Source of the DNA: a virus
Length of the DNA: 64,000 nucleotides
Virus record (IMG/VR): IMGVR_UViG_3300045988_170943
Location: 192,001 to 256,000 of that record
Direction: 5' to 3' (one strand)
Position 1 is the first letter of the stretch; each line of letters starts with the position of its first letter. The position numbers and the translations under genes were made by a program. A model generated the notes under the pieces. It ran no database searches and was not told where the DNA came from. It was given only the letters and a program-made list of their open reading frames with translations. Positions 46,985 through 57,397 of this stretch are shown here, piece after piece.

Positions 46985-48862
46985 ATGATAGAAGGGGAAG
47001 GCTTCAAGAACGCGGTAGCGGAGATCAAGCACGCATACGACATCCGCGACTACATTGAGGCCGCTGGGGTAACTCTCAAACCGGCCGGTGCGGGCAGGTG
47101 GAAAGGGCTATGCCCGTTCCACGACGAGAAAACCCCCTCCTTCACTGTTGACGAGTCCTTCCAGAACTACAGGTGCTTCGGGTGTGGCGCGAGCGGGGAC
47201 CTCATCACCTTCACCCAGGAGCATGATGGGCTAGGTTTCATGGATGCCCTCACCATGCTCGCCGCCGATAAAGGCATCACCATCCCAGACGCCAAAAGCA
47301 AGGATGATGACACGCTCAGTGTTGACTACGCTGCGTTACGTGAGTGCGTGCGGGCGGCAGCGAACTACTTCTGGACTCAGTACCGAAAACTGCCTGAGGA
47401 GCACCCGGCTGTACGTGAGGTCACCAGCCGTGGACTCAACCCGAACTCCGGCATGTACGGCTACGCCCCAGAAGGCAGGACAGACCTCTACCAGCATCTC
47501 AAGTCCAGAGGGTTCAGTGACGACACCATCATCACCGTGGGTGTCTGCTCACGTACCGAACGCGGTAGCATCATCGACTTCTGGTCCGGGCGCCTCATCT
47601 TCTACATTCAGGACACTATGGGGAAAGTCGTCGGATTTTCCGGCCGGAGGCTTTACGACACAGACTTCAAACAGGGAAAGTACGTCAACTCTCCCGCCAC
47701 ACCCCTGTTCCACAAGTCGAAGATCCTGTACAACCTGCCCCAGGCTCGCAAGAACCTCAAAAACAGCAGCACCCTGTATGTGGCAGAGGGACAGTTCGAC
47801 GTGATCGCCCTGGCCGAATCCGGTATCGGCGCGGTCGTTGCCGGACTGGGGACAGCATTCACACCCGAGCAAGGATCCCTATGCCGCCGAATGGTTGGCG
47901 ACGACGGCCGGATCGTGTTCTGTTTCGACGGGGACCAGGCCGGGATCAAGGCCGCCCTCAAGGTATTCACCAACGTGCCAGTTGTCCACTCATGCGCCTA
48001 TGTGTCCGCAATGCCGGAAAGCACCGACCCATGCGACCTGAGAATGAAGGAAGGCCCTGACGCACTCAAGGAGCATGTGGAGACTCATCAGGTTCCGCTC
48101 GCTGAGTTCGTCCTTGACGCTGCCGCACAAGACTACAACCTGGGCGACACCAGCCAGCGAGCCAGGTACATTGAGCGTGCCGCCAGCGTCATCAAGACGA
48201 TCTCCTCCCATATCCTGAGTGAAGAAATGATCAGGAAAGTGTCACTGGACACATTCTCCCCCACTGAGGTCATCAGGGACGCAGTAAACCGGGCTGAGCG
48301 GGTCACCGCAGACGCCTTCGATCAGGCCACCACCCCACGCGACACCACACCTGAACGCCCCGACCTCGACGACCCCAGCAGCAATAACGACAGCATCAGT
48401 GGTAGGACGGTTGTAGACCAGGACGACACTATCAGCCTCATCGACACTGACTCCACGTATGCGGCAGCAGCCCGAAGCATACTCCTTGCCATACGGTTCC
48501 CCCAGTTCCGGGAAGAGACCATCAAACAGCACAAGGTGTTCCCGCCCGCACTCCTCCCCATGCTGAAAGATCTACACCAGGCGTGCACCAGAGAACGCAT
48601 AATCCCAGAGGACTTCACCCACACGAAGATCGCCACCCACATCATGTCCGCGAACCTCATCCCAACCATGACCATCATGAGTGACGACGAGACAAGTCAC
48701 CTAAACGCCTACCTGCTGCGCTACCTCACCAAAGCCAAGGACGCGGATCAGAAACGCAAGGTGCAAGAGGCCATCATGGCGACACTCAACAGCAGCGAAT
48801 CCTCTATCAGCATGCTACGCAAAGCCATCAGCGAGGAGAACCGGCTACTCGGGAAACAATAA
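46985..48862 (+). CDS. dnaG: DNA primase DnaG (zinc finger plus TOPRIM).
   Basis: CHC2 zinc finger CPFHDEKTPSF...CFGCG. The RNA-polymerase and TOPRIM region has LYVAEGQFDVIAL and FDGDQAG. Confidence 0.8.
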   Translation: MIEGEGFKNAVAEIKHAYDIRDYIEAAGVTLKPAGAGRWKGLCPFHDEKTPSFTVDESFQNYRCFGCGASGDLITFTQEHDGLGFMDALTMLAADKGITIPDAKSKDDDTLSVDYAALRECVRAAANYFWTQYRKLPEEHPAVREVTSRGLNPNSGMYGYAPEGRTDLYQHLKSRGFSDDTIITVGVCSRTERGSIIDFWSGRLIFYIQDTMGKVVGFSGRRLYDTDFKQGKYVNSPATPLFHKSKILYNLPQARKNLKNSSTLYVAEGQFDVIALAESGIGAVVAGLGTAFTPEQGSLCRRMVGDDGRIVFCFDGDQAGIKAALKVFTNVPVVHSCAYVSAMPESTDPCDLRMKEGPDALKEHVETHQVPLAEFVLDAAAQDYNLGDTSQRARYIERAASVIKTISSHILSEEMIRKVSLDTFSPTEVIRDAVNRAERVTADAFDQATTPRDTTPERPDLDDPSSNNDSISGRTVVDQDDTISLIDTDSTYAAAARSILLAIRFPQFREETIKQHKVFPPALLPMLKDLHQACTRERIIPEDFTHTKIATHIMSANLIPTMTIMSDDETSHLNAYLLRYLTKAKDADQKRKVQEAIMATLNSSESSISMLRKAISEENRLLGKQ

Positions 48863-49043
48863 GATGACGAAGCCCCAACTAACACGCAACCTGGAACCGA
48901 TCACACCAACCACACTCTGACCCCAGCCAAGAGGTACCAGAGGAAACACCAGAAACTTCCCCACATCCTTAAACTAACGCCACGATATTTCGGTGAGCGC
49001 CCACCTATGGGGGGTTAAACCAGCGAGGACGAAAGACAGGGCA

Positions 49044-50882
49044 ATGGGATTCTTCTCAAGACGAAACAAGCGCGACTTCAACGTTGATGCGGTCAAAGTC
49101 CCAGAAGTCACCTACCCGGACCTCCAAACCGCACTCCAGTCCGTCACCAACGGCGGAGCAAAAGACACCAAATCCGTCACCATCACCTGGCAGGACGGCA
49201 CCAGTGCGCAAGCCGTCATCTACGGTGACACCCTCAAGTACCTTAACCAGGGCGTCATCAACAGTGAACTGGCCCAGATCATCGAGTCCAGGGTCTCCAC
49301 GTCCCGCACCGACATCCACCCCGGAGCCCTCGACGCCCTCAAAAAGGCTCTTGCAGACGAGGAAACCAGCCACATCGCCGCCGTCGAGCGGGTAGACCAG
49401 GTGTCACCTATGCTCGCAGCATTCATGAACATGATCCTCGGTGAACTCGCAGAGAACCACATCATGCGGCTCCACGACCACGGCCCCGTCACAGAGGTAG
49501 AAGCGGACTGGTCTGTCGATTTCACCCCCACATTCATGCAGAGGTTCACCGGTGTGGACATCCGTGTTGAGCAGGTTAACAGCATGGCTGAGCATGGGCG
49601 GCGTGACCTCCAGCGGGCCGAGACCATCACGCGCGGGGAACCCCTAGGTGACGTCCTGATAGAAAACACTGGCCCACAGCCCGCAGATCCCAGTGAGGAG
49701 CAGCACCTCATCCTTGACCTGCTACTAGACCGAGGCGGACCCATTAGCCTGGAGGACCTGCAACAGCACGCTACCGGCTACATCTGGTCGCACGTGCTCA
49801 AAGCCGCAGAAAACCTGATGTACGACGGTGCAATCGACATCACCTACCCGAACCGTCAGGAGTCGTCACTACCTGACCTCGGCCCACTCACGGTAGCCAA
49901 ACCAGCCACCAACAGTAGCCAAGACGACACTGGCACACAGGACGAGCACGACAGCACCCCAACTGAGGATGGCGCGGCACCCACAACAGGCAGCACCCCA
50001 GAGTCAAGCCAGGTGGAGGACCCCAACCAGAAGCCCACACCTCAGGGCGCCCCCCAGCCAGAAGAAACAGTGCCCCCCGAAGCCCCAGACACAGTGGCCG
50101 TCAGTGCCTTCGACAAGATCATCACAGGCTCAGACGAAGACGACAGCGACGGGTTCACGTTCTTCATGCCAGACGATAACGACCTCACTGACGAAGGAGG
50201 CTTTGACTTCACTGACGAGGATGAAACCCTCACAACAACCATGGCGGGTGAAGACCTAAGGCCCCTCATCAACCAGATCGTGCGCGAATCCACAAACGTC
50301 GATCAGACCATCATCCCTGTACTCACTGAGGAGATTGAGTACAACGCCGAGTTGGAGGCAGGTGTCATCGACCTGGACAACCGCATCAGCGAAGTCCGCC
50401 AAACCTACCAGGAAGACTTCGGCCGTTACAACATCATGGCAATGGACATCATCGGGGATCAGGCCCAGAAAGGTCAGGATGTCACCCTCGAAGGGGCCGG
50501 TGAACCCATCGAGCATGCCCGCGAGGACGCCAACGACCAGTTCTTCACCCTGGAGGACCTAGAGCACCGCCGATTCAACCTCAACGCCACCAGGATCAAC
50601 CTCCTTAAAAGCATCCTAGAGCGCATTACTCACCTTGACGGAGCACACGTCCAGGAGTGCGTCAACCTGATCGAGATGAAGATCCAGGGCATCCAGGACG
50701 TTACTGACACCGCGTTTCACTCCCCCAAGGACGATGAGGCTATCGCCAAGAAAACAGACCTCAAACTCATTGAGTCCGTACTCGTCCCCGAAACCATCAC
50801 CCCAGACGACTCCCCCCTGTTCTACAGGCTCGTCAGCACCATGGGGTTCAACCCGTTCGACAGCACCAGCAGCCAGCAGTGA
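49044..50882 (+). CDS. Acidic hypothetical protein of 612 aa.
   Basis: ORF. Start moved to the internal ATG at 49044. No recognised motifs. Confidence 0.35.
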   Translation: MGFFSRRNKRDFNVDAVKVPEVTYPDLQTALQSVTNGGAKDTKSVTITWQDGTSAQAVIYGDTLKYLNQGVINSELAQIIESRVSTSRTDIHPGALDALKKALADEETSHIAAVERVDQVSPMLAAFMNMILGELAENHIMRLHDHGPVTEVEADWSVDFTPTFMQRFTGVDIRVEQVNSMAEHGRRDLQRAETITRGEPLGDVLIENTGPQPADPSEEQHLILDLLLDRGGPISLEDLQQHATGYIWSHVLKAAENLMYDGAIDITYPNRQESSLPDLGPLTVAKPATNSSQDDTGTQDEHDSTPTEDGAAPTTGSTPESSQVEDPNQKPTPQGAPQPEETVPPEAPDTVAVSAFDKIITGSDEDDSDGFTFFMPDDNDLTDEGGFDFTDEDETLTTTMAGEDLRPLINQIVRESTNVDQTIIPVLTEEIEYNAELEAGVIDLDNRISEVRQTYQEDFGRYNIMAMDIIGDQAQKGQDVTLEGAGEPIEHAREDANDQFFTLEDLEHRRFNLNATRINLLKSILERITHLDGAHVQECVNLIEMKIQGIQDVTDTAFHSPKDDEAIAKKTDLKLIESVLVPETITPDDSPLFYRLVSTMGFNPFDSTSSQQ

Positions 50883-50941
50883 AAACAACAGAGTAGAAAG
50901 ACGCCAGTAGAACATAGCACCGGCCAGGCAAGGAGAACCCA

Positions 50942-53395
50942 TTGGCGGTCGATACCGACAGAGATTACGACTTCGACGACGACACCCCCCGCAATAACGA
51001 ACCTGAAGGTGACGGCGGCGGCAGAATCCTGGTTGCTGTCCTAGCCGTCCTGTTTCTGCCCGCCATCATCATCGCATGGGCCATCTACTACCTGGGGCTC
51101 GCAAAGGGGCGCCAGAAAAGGTCTGTGATCCTCTCCGGCACCCTCACCATGATCGTGATCGCCCTCATGTACGGGTCCCTGTCCAATGCCACAGCCAGAG
51201 CCAGTGCCGCACTAAGTGACGTCACAGGCATCACCCAGAACTGGACCGAGTACATTCCCCTACTAGTCGTCGTCAGTGTCATCCTCGGCGCAGTCGGCGG
51301 GTTCACCCTGACCGTGATCCAGGTTGGCAGACTCATCAAAAACCCGTACCTGCTGCACATGGAAGGCCCCTGGAAGAACTTCACGTTCCGGCCAACCCCA
51401 CTGGAGAACAGGCGCACCAAAAAACTCGTCACCCAGTTGAAAGACGGGTCACTGTCAGACAAGGACAAAGCCCCCCTTGGCATCACCACCAAAATCTATG
51501 AAGACCCCGAGGAGAACAAGAATACAGGTGGACTGAAAACCAAGGCCACATGCGAGGTCGCCTACCGGTACCAGGCGGACGCACGCAAAAACACCGTCAT
51601 GTCCGGTGGTGTCGGATCCGGTAAGACCATCACCATGCTGTCCATGATCCGCTCCGACATCGTGCACGGACTCCCCGTCATCATGATCGACATGAAACGC
51701 GACCCTGAGGTGTCAGCGAAACTCGCCCGCTGGTCCAAGGAGAACGGACGCAACTTCTACCACTTCGTGAACGGAGACCCCCAGGACTACGACGTACCTC
51801 ACTCCGCCGGGCAAGCCTCCTATGACCCACTCATCAACGGCGGTGCAGCCAAGGCAGACATGATCCTCGGGATGCGCGAGTGGGACACCAGCAGCGAAGT
51901 ATACAAGGGCAATGTCCGCCAGTTGCTCCAGGTCACCTTCCAGATGCTTAGACAAGCCGACCGCACCAGAGCAGACCGCATCGACTGGAGCCACGGAGGC
52001 ATCAGCCAACTCGCCTCCGCCATCAAAGACAACAACGCCTTCACTGACCTACTCATGGCCTGCAAAGGGCGCCCTATCTACGACGACGCACAGGCAGTAG
52101 ACCAAGGATCCCGCCACAAGTCCGGGAAACTCTACGGCGCCATGGATGAGGTGCAAGGGTACATGCGCACCCTCACCGCGTCAGCCTATGGCCCATGGCT
52201 ACGTACCGGCGTCACCGACCGTAACATCGACCTCTACGAACTCACAAAGGACGAAAACAGCGGGAACGTCATCCTGTTCTCCATCAACTCCGACAGTGAG
52301 AAAGACTTCGCCGCCTACCTGGGTGCACTCATCATGGCGGACATCAGCGCTGTCAGTGCTCTCAGGCGAAACCGCGGACTGAAGAACCCAGTCAACATCT
52401 ACATCGACGAATTCCAGATCATCCCCCCCACCACACTGGGCGGCATCCTAGAAAAAGCGCGCGCATCCGGGTTCGCCACCACCCTAGCCAGCCAGTCGTT
52501 GGAGCAGGTTATCGTCAAGTCCGAACGCAACGGCGAAGCAAACGTCAACAACATCCTCGACACATCCAGCCACTTCATCATCCACAACGGCGCCTACTTT
52601 GACTCCGCCACCAGGCTAGCGAAAATCGTCGGCGAGGCATGGTTCCCGAAATGGTCCACAGTCAACGACTCCAAGACACACTTCTTCTCGTTCAACTGGA
52701 ACAACAGACGTGACAGCATTGTCCGCAACGACCGAGAACAACGGTACATTGTTGACCCATCTGAGTTCCAGAAACTCAGCGCGCCTTCCCCATCAAACGG
52801 GTTCCTGACCGAAGCGATCATCATCGACAAGTCCACGGTTGACCCACGCTACTCCGGCAGGCCCAGGGCGCTAGCACGCAAGGTGCGGATGATCCCAGAC
52901 GACGCAGTACTCGCCTCATACCCACTGTCCAGAGTCGGAGAGAGCGACTATGCGGGACAGCAGCCAGACAATAAGGAGATGCACCTAGTTGTTGACGGTG
53001 ATACAACTGAGGGCCAGCATGGCGACCACATCTGGGAGGATGACGCCTTCCAGACCGAACCGGACACACAAGGGTACGACCCTGCTGGTTACGGCGACGA
53101 GGATGAGGACGGCGGATTCGGCTGGGTCAGTGACGACAAGGAGCCAGCAGACCCCCAAGAGGTAGAACAGGGCAAGACTGAAACAGGCTACAGCGCACCC
53201 GCCACCAGCAGTCCTGATCGCTCCCGCATCGATTACACCACACCAGCCCATGAGGAACCAGTCTACAACCAGCCTGAGCCCACGACACCCCCAGAGGAAG
53301 ACTATGGTGCCGGGTTCGGGTGGGTCACAGACAGCAGCGACAATACCGAACAGGAAGACCCCAGGACAGTGGGGCTTCCAGAACTTGGTTTCTGA
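50942..53395 (+). CDS. Membrane-anchored P-loop ATPase that looks like a type IV coupling protein (VirD4/TraD/TraG-like). It has an acidic C-terminal tail with two GFGWV-S/T-D repeats.
   Basis: Two N-terminal TM helices. Walker A GGVGSGKT. Walker B NIYIDEFQ. TTG start with RBS AGGAGAA. Confidence 0.55.
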   Translation: MAVDTDRDYDFDDDTPRNNEPEGDGGGRILVAVLAVLFLPAIIIAWAIYYLGLAKGRQKRSVILSGTLTMIVIALMYGSLSNATARASAALSDVTGITQNWTEYIPLLVVVSVILGAVGGFTLTVIQVGRLIKNPYLLHMEGPWKNFTFRPTPLENRRTKKLVTQLKDGSLSDKDKAPLGITTKIYEDPEENKNTGGLKTKATCEVAYRYQADARKNTVMSGGVGSGKTITMLSMIRSDIVHGLPVIMIDMKRDPEVSAKLARWSKENGRNFYHFVNGDPQDYDVPHSAGQASYDPLINGGAAKADMILGMREWDTSSEVYKGNVRQLLQVTFQMLRQADRTRADRIDWSHGGISQLASAIKDNNAFTDLLMACKGRPIYDDAQAVDQGSRHKSGKLYGAMDEVQGYMRTLTASAYGPWLRTGVTDRNIDLYELTKDENSGNVILFSINSDSEKDFAAYLGALIMADISAVSALRRNRGLKNPVNIYIDEFQIIPPTTLGGILEKARASGFATTLASQSLEQVIVKSERNGEANVNNILDTSSHFIIHNGAYFDSATRLAKIVGEAWFPKWSTVNDSKTHFFSFNWNNRRDSIVRNDREQRYIVDPSEFQKLSAPSPSNGFLTEAIIIDKSTVDPRYSGRPRALARKVRMIPDDAVLASYPLSRVGESDYAGQQPDNKEMHLVVDGDTTEGQHGDHIWEDDAFQTEPDTQGYDPAGYGDEDEDGGFGWVSDDKEPADPQEVEQGKTETGYSAPATSSPDRSRIDYTTPAHEEPVYNQPEPTTPPEEDYGAGFGWVTDSSDNTEQEDPRTVGLPELGF

Positions 53396-53490
53396 GGGGC
53401 AAGCACCGCACGCATTGCCACGTAAACACACCAGACGCACGTTTCCTCGATATTTTTTGCGATTCTACTTAACATTTTTATGGAGGGGTA

Positions 53491-55338
53491 ATGCCAGACC
53501 CGATCAACGTCCCTACACCCCCATCCAGGAGAAGGGGAGATATGACGCCACCTAGGAGAGGCGCCACCAACAACCGTGGGCGCACAACCCTGGGGACCCC
53601 TCCGTCCGTGCCTTCAGCACCCGGTGCCCTACCAGACCTTGGCAACATTCCAGGCCCCCGGCAGCGCCCAGGTAGGGCACCGGAGGCTAATGCTACGCCA
53701 CGCCGTACCCCCGCCAGCAGCCTCAAGGTTCCTGGGCTCGCACCAAGCCGCGGCCCAGTACGCACCCCTGACAGGGCAACCACTCCTGACAGGGTGGTAC
53801 GCCAGGAAAGAGTCGTCAACCAGTACGATGATGGGGAAGACCCTTTTGAGCAGATTCCCGTCCGAGACCAGGTTGATGTTGAAGACTACGAGGACTATGA
53901 GGCTGAGCACGTAGAGGTGGACACCACCCCCGAACGTCAACCATCTCTCCGCACCCCCACACCCAGTAGCGCTGACAGTGGCGAGGATGACCATGAGGAC
54001 ACCACCGAGCCTGCACCTAAGAAGAAGGGCATGTTCGGTCGCAAAGCCAAGAGCAGCGAATCCGCGTCGAAAAAGCACACCAAGTCCAGTGCACCCACTA
54101 AAACCAGCACCCCATCCATCCTGGATGATGACGAAGACGAACTCGGGTTCAAGAGGAACTTCATCGACAAGAAGAACAAACGCCTCCTCCCATTCGGCAA
54201 GAATACCGGCAGCAGCGGAGACCGAAGAAAAGGCCGCAAGGTCCGCAATAAGGACATCGACCCCCGCAAAAACAGGATCATCAAGATCAACGGGTACCGC
54301 ATCTTCTTCCTCACTGCCTGTCTCGCACTATTGGCGCTAGGAGCCTACAATGCCTGGTTCCCACAGAAAGCACTCACCGTCGATGAGACAGCACAGGTAG
54401 CCCAGCAGGCCCTCGGCAGGACAAACTTCCCAGAAGCACGAGGAGAAGGATTCGCCAAGGACTTTCTGCAAGCCTACCTGACCACCAGCGACGAAACCTC
54501 CCAGCAGGCCCTCGCATACTTCTTCAACGGAACCCTAGAGAACGCGAACAACTCCAGCGCGGAGACAAACCGTCAGACATCAGCCGACTATAAGCAACAA
54601 ATCCTGTACGGCCCAACAGTCTACTCAGCCACCAGCGTCACAGACCAGGTTGCCACCTATGTGGTTGGAGCACTCGTGAAGGCAGTCCCAGCGGACGGCA
54701 GCACCCCCGCCCCGGACAGCAACGGAAAAACCGGCGGCGAGGCAACATGGATGTTCTACTCCATCAACGTCTTCTACGACAAGGCCAGCGACCGACTGTT
54801 CATCACACCAGACTCCCCTACCGTCGTACCGAACATGAACGTTGGTAGTTCCCGCGACCTTCCAGGGCCGCAGTCACTCGGAACTGGGGAATCGGACTCC
54901 GACCTCAAGTCGAAGGTGTCATCCACCGTCCTCGGGTTCATGTCCGCTTATGCGACCTCCTCCCCCCAGGACCACACGGCACTCGACCAGTACGTAGTCA
55001 ACGATGCACCCCAGGAACTCAAGACGGGCCTGTCTGGTACGTACTCGTTCGACGGAAATGTGAACAATGCGGTCACCTTTGAGGCGTTCCCCACAAAGGA
55101 CGCTAACGTAGCCAAGGTGAAGGTGACTGTCAACTGGAAGAGATCACTGGGCGCTAACGGTAGCCAGTCAGCGAGGTACACGTCAACCTATGTGATGACG
55201 CTACAGAACGTGTCCGGTAAGTGGCAGGTGTCAAAGTTCTCGCCGTTCACGTACCTTCCTGACGAATCCGAGTCCGTCAACAACAGTAATGGAGACCAGA
55301 AGGCGGCCGCATCGGATGGCAGCACCAGCGGATCCTGA
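53491..55338 (+). CDS. Bitopic membrane protein. The Pro/Arg-rich cytoplasmic N-terminus is followed by one TM and a ~340-aa extracytoplasmic domain. It may be a TcpC/VirB8-like transfer protein.
   Basis: TM FFLTACLALLALGAYNAWF. The family assignment is a guess from layout and context. Confidence 0.3.
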   Translation: MPDPINVPTPPSRRRGDMTPPRRGATNNRGRTTLGTPPSVPSAPGALPDLGNIPGPRQRPGRAPEANATPRRTPASSLKVPGLAPSRGPVRTPDRATTPDRVVRQERVVNQYDDGEDPFEQIPVRDQVDVEDYEDYEAEHVEVDTTPERQPSLRTPTPSSADSGEDDHEDTTEPAPKKKGMFGRKAKSSESASKKHTKSSAPTKTSTPSILDDDEDELGFKRNFIDKKNKRLLPFGKNTGSSGDRRKGRKVRNKDIDPRKNRIIKINGYRIFFLTACLALLALGAYNAWFPQKALTVDETAQVAQQALGRTNFPEARGEGFAKDFLQAYLTTSDETSQQALAYFFNGTLENANNSSAETNRQTSADYKQQILYGPTVYSATSVTDQVATYVVGALVKAVPADGSTPAPDSNGKTGGEATWMFYSINVFYDKASDRLFITPDSPTVVPNMNVGSSRDLPGPQSLGTGESDSDLKSKVSSTVLGFMSAYATSSPQDHTALDQYVVNDAPQELKTGLSGTYSFDGNVNNAVTFEAFPTKDANVAKVKVTVNWKRSLGANGSQSARYTSTYVMTLQNVSGKWQVSKFSPFTYLPDESESVNNSNGDQKAAASDGSTSGS

Positions 55339-55459
55339 CAGCAAACAGAAGCATTTATCAAAAACATGTAGAAATATTTGATATTGGTCAGAAACTCTTA
55401 CACAACCGGTTAACTGTGAGAGTTAATCTGATCAGATACACACAAACGGAGAAGAAGAA

Positions 55460-55780
55460 ATGATCCTAGGAGCAATTCTAAGCGGGTTGCTGAGTATCCC
55501 CGCTGGCGGTCTTGCAGCCCTACAGAACGACCTGGTTCGTAACTGGATCGGACCAGCCGCACTGATTGTTGTTGCCGCTGTCGCAGTGAAGCACCTGATT
55601 AAGGGTGAGCCACGTAAGATGGCCATCTATGCTGTTGCCGCTATTCTCGGCTTCGTTATCATCTACGGTGCTCCAGTACTTGTCGGTGGCGAGGACGCAA
55701 GCGTAACCAGGACCGTCGTTAACACGACTAAGAACAACATTAACGTCGCTACAGCACCCTTGGTACTCGACGCGAGTTGA
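55460..55780 (+). CDS. Small two-TM membrane protein, a pilin-like (VirB2/TrbC-like) candidate.
   Basis: 106 aa, two hydrophobic helices, RBS GGAGAAGAAGAAATG, followed by a strong terminator. Confidence 0.35.
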   Translation: MILGAILSGLLSIPAGGLAALQNDLVRNWIGPAALIVVAAVAVKHLIKGEPRKMAIYAVAAILGFVIIYGAPVLVGGEDASVTRTVVNTTKNNINVATAPLVLDAS

Positions 55781-55811
55781 TCAACACATGTTGTGAACTC
55801 AGCATGATTCA

Positions 55812-55853
55812 GGTGGCCCACCAGTCAGGCACAGTCCAGGCTGGTGGGCCACC
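55812..55853 (+). terminator. Hairpin terminator. 13-bp perfect stem ggtggcccaccag / ctggtgggccacc.
   Basis: Read directly after the stop at 55780. Confidence 0.6.
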
Positions 55854-55940
55854 ATCATTTACTAGAACGAATACATTTTGTGGGGAGGAGTGTGCGCTGA
55901 TACATGATATTCCATGCTAGTCAAATGAAGAGGAAACCTA

Positions 55941-57296
55941 ATGCTAGGACATAGAAGCAAACTTGACGTTGCAGTACAGTCAGCCGTGGACAACATTCTC
56001 TTCTCGAAGAAAGAAGCGTGGGCCTACTATCGCCTATCAACAACTGTTTACGACTTCCTGGCGTCTCAGCAGAAAATAGAAACCGGCCTGAGAATCACCA
56101 GCGCGTTCGCCAACATCATGTCCAACAAACAAGACTCCGTTGACGGGCACCTCATCGTCACAAACGTCCCCCTCGATGTTGACGCCTGGGAGGCCCAAAT
56201 CCTGGGAGTCATGGAGGACCACCCTGAAGGCCCAGGGTTTAAACGATTCATGGCCCAACAGAACGCCTTCCTCCGCAAGCGCGAGTACTCCAGGCGCGTC
56301 TGCTACGTGGGAATCAACCTAGGAGGCAGGAATACCCTCGACTTCACAAACCTTAACGTCCTGGAGTCGGGCTTCAAGAACGCCACAGAGACACTGAAAC
56401 AGTGGATCGACAAGATGTGGCACCAAAAGGACGGCACTGTTGACAAGGCTGAGGAGGACATGTACCGGCGTCGAGAGGAGGATATGTACGCAATCCTGTC
56501 CAATGGTGCTCTCCAGGCGCAGCGGGCCACCACTGAGGAGATACTGTTGGCGATTAAGCGCATGTTCTACCCACACATGCCCGCACCTCATCTCGAAATT
56601 GATCACAGTAACAGACTGTCGCAAGGTGACATGGACATTGAGATGCTGGGGCAGATCACCCCCAAGGCAAGGTTCCTGAAGTTCACGCAGCCATATGAGA
56701 ACATCGAGTTAGAGTCCTACCGGGCGTGCCTGACGTTTACCAGGTTCCCGAAGACATTCACGTTCCCCTATGACAACTTCCCGTTCCTGTACCTCCCAGC
56801 GACAATGAACGTCCCATTCACCGCTTTCAGCCGATTCACGCTCTACCCTAACGCCAAGATGAAATCTGATGTTGAACGCAAGTCCAAAGAGATGCGCGAC
56901 GAGGTTGACAACATCATGGCGACCCGTGACGCCAGTGACGGGATGATGAGTGGCCTACCAGCCGGTGTCGCTGAGACCATTGAGGACCTGGAGCAGATCA
57001 AGGCGATGCTGGAGGAAGACAAGGTGCCGTGGCTACGGGCCTCCTACCACCTCGTCCTTGAAGGGCCGACAGAGAAGTTCATTCAAGATGTCTACGCCGC
57101 GTTACGCCAGGAGTACCAGGACCGGGATACGGTGATCACCTGGACGTCCGGCGACCAGATGGACCTGTTCTTGGAGCAGATGCCAGGCGACACGAAGCGA
57201 ATCAAGTCTTTTGAGTTTATCACGAACCTGGCTCTATTAACAACCAGCGGTTTCAACTTCGCGTCCGAGATCGGGGACCGAATTTACGGCCTGTGA
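55941..57296 (+). CDS. Hypothetical protein of 451 aa with no P-loop.
   Basis: ORF with RBS GAGGAAACCTAATG. Confidence 0.35.
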   Translation: MLGHRSKLDVAVQSAVDNILFSKKEAWAYYRLSTTVYDFLASQQKIETGLRITSAFANIMSNKQDSVDGHLIVTNVPLDVDAWEAQILGVMEDHPEGPGFKRFMAQQNAFLRKREYSRRVCYVGINLGGRNTLDFTNLNVLESGFKNATETLKQWIDKMWHQKDGTVDKAEEDMYRRREEDMYAILSNGALQAQRATTEEILLAIKRMFYPHMPAPHLEIDHSNRLSQGDMDIEMLGQITPKARFLKFTQPYENIELESYRACLTFTRFPKTFTFPYDNFPFLYLPATMNVPFTAFSRFTLYPNAKMKSDVERKSKEMRDEVDNIMATRDASDGMMSGLPAGVAETIEDLEQIKAMLEEDKVPWLRASYHLVLEGPTEKFIQDVYAALRQEYQDRDTVITWTSGDQMDLFLEQMPGDTKRIKSFEFITNLALLTTSGFNFASEIGDRIYGL

Positions 57297-57397
57297 AGAA
57301 GCGGATAGAAACACAGTGAGCAAAGACGCAACGCAAAGAGTTAAGTAGGTGCAGGTAAATGGCTAGAAGACGTTCACGCGGTCGTGGAGGATCCGCC

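Noticed and set aside
55941-57296. VirB4-like conjugative ATPase or relaxase identity for the 451-aa ORF.
   Set aside because: No Walker A/B and no HUH or Tyr-containing relaxase motifs are visible. It is kept as hypothetical.
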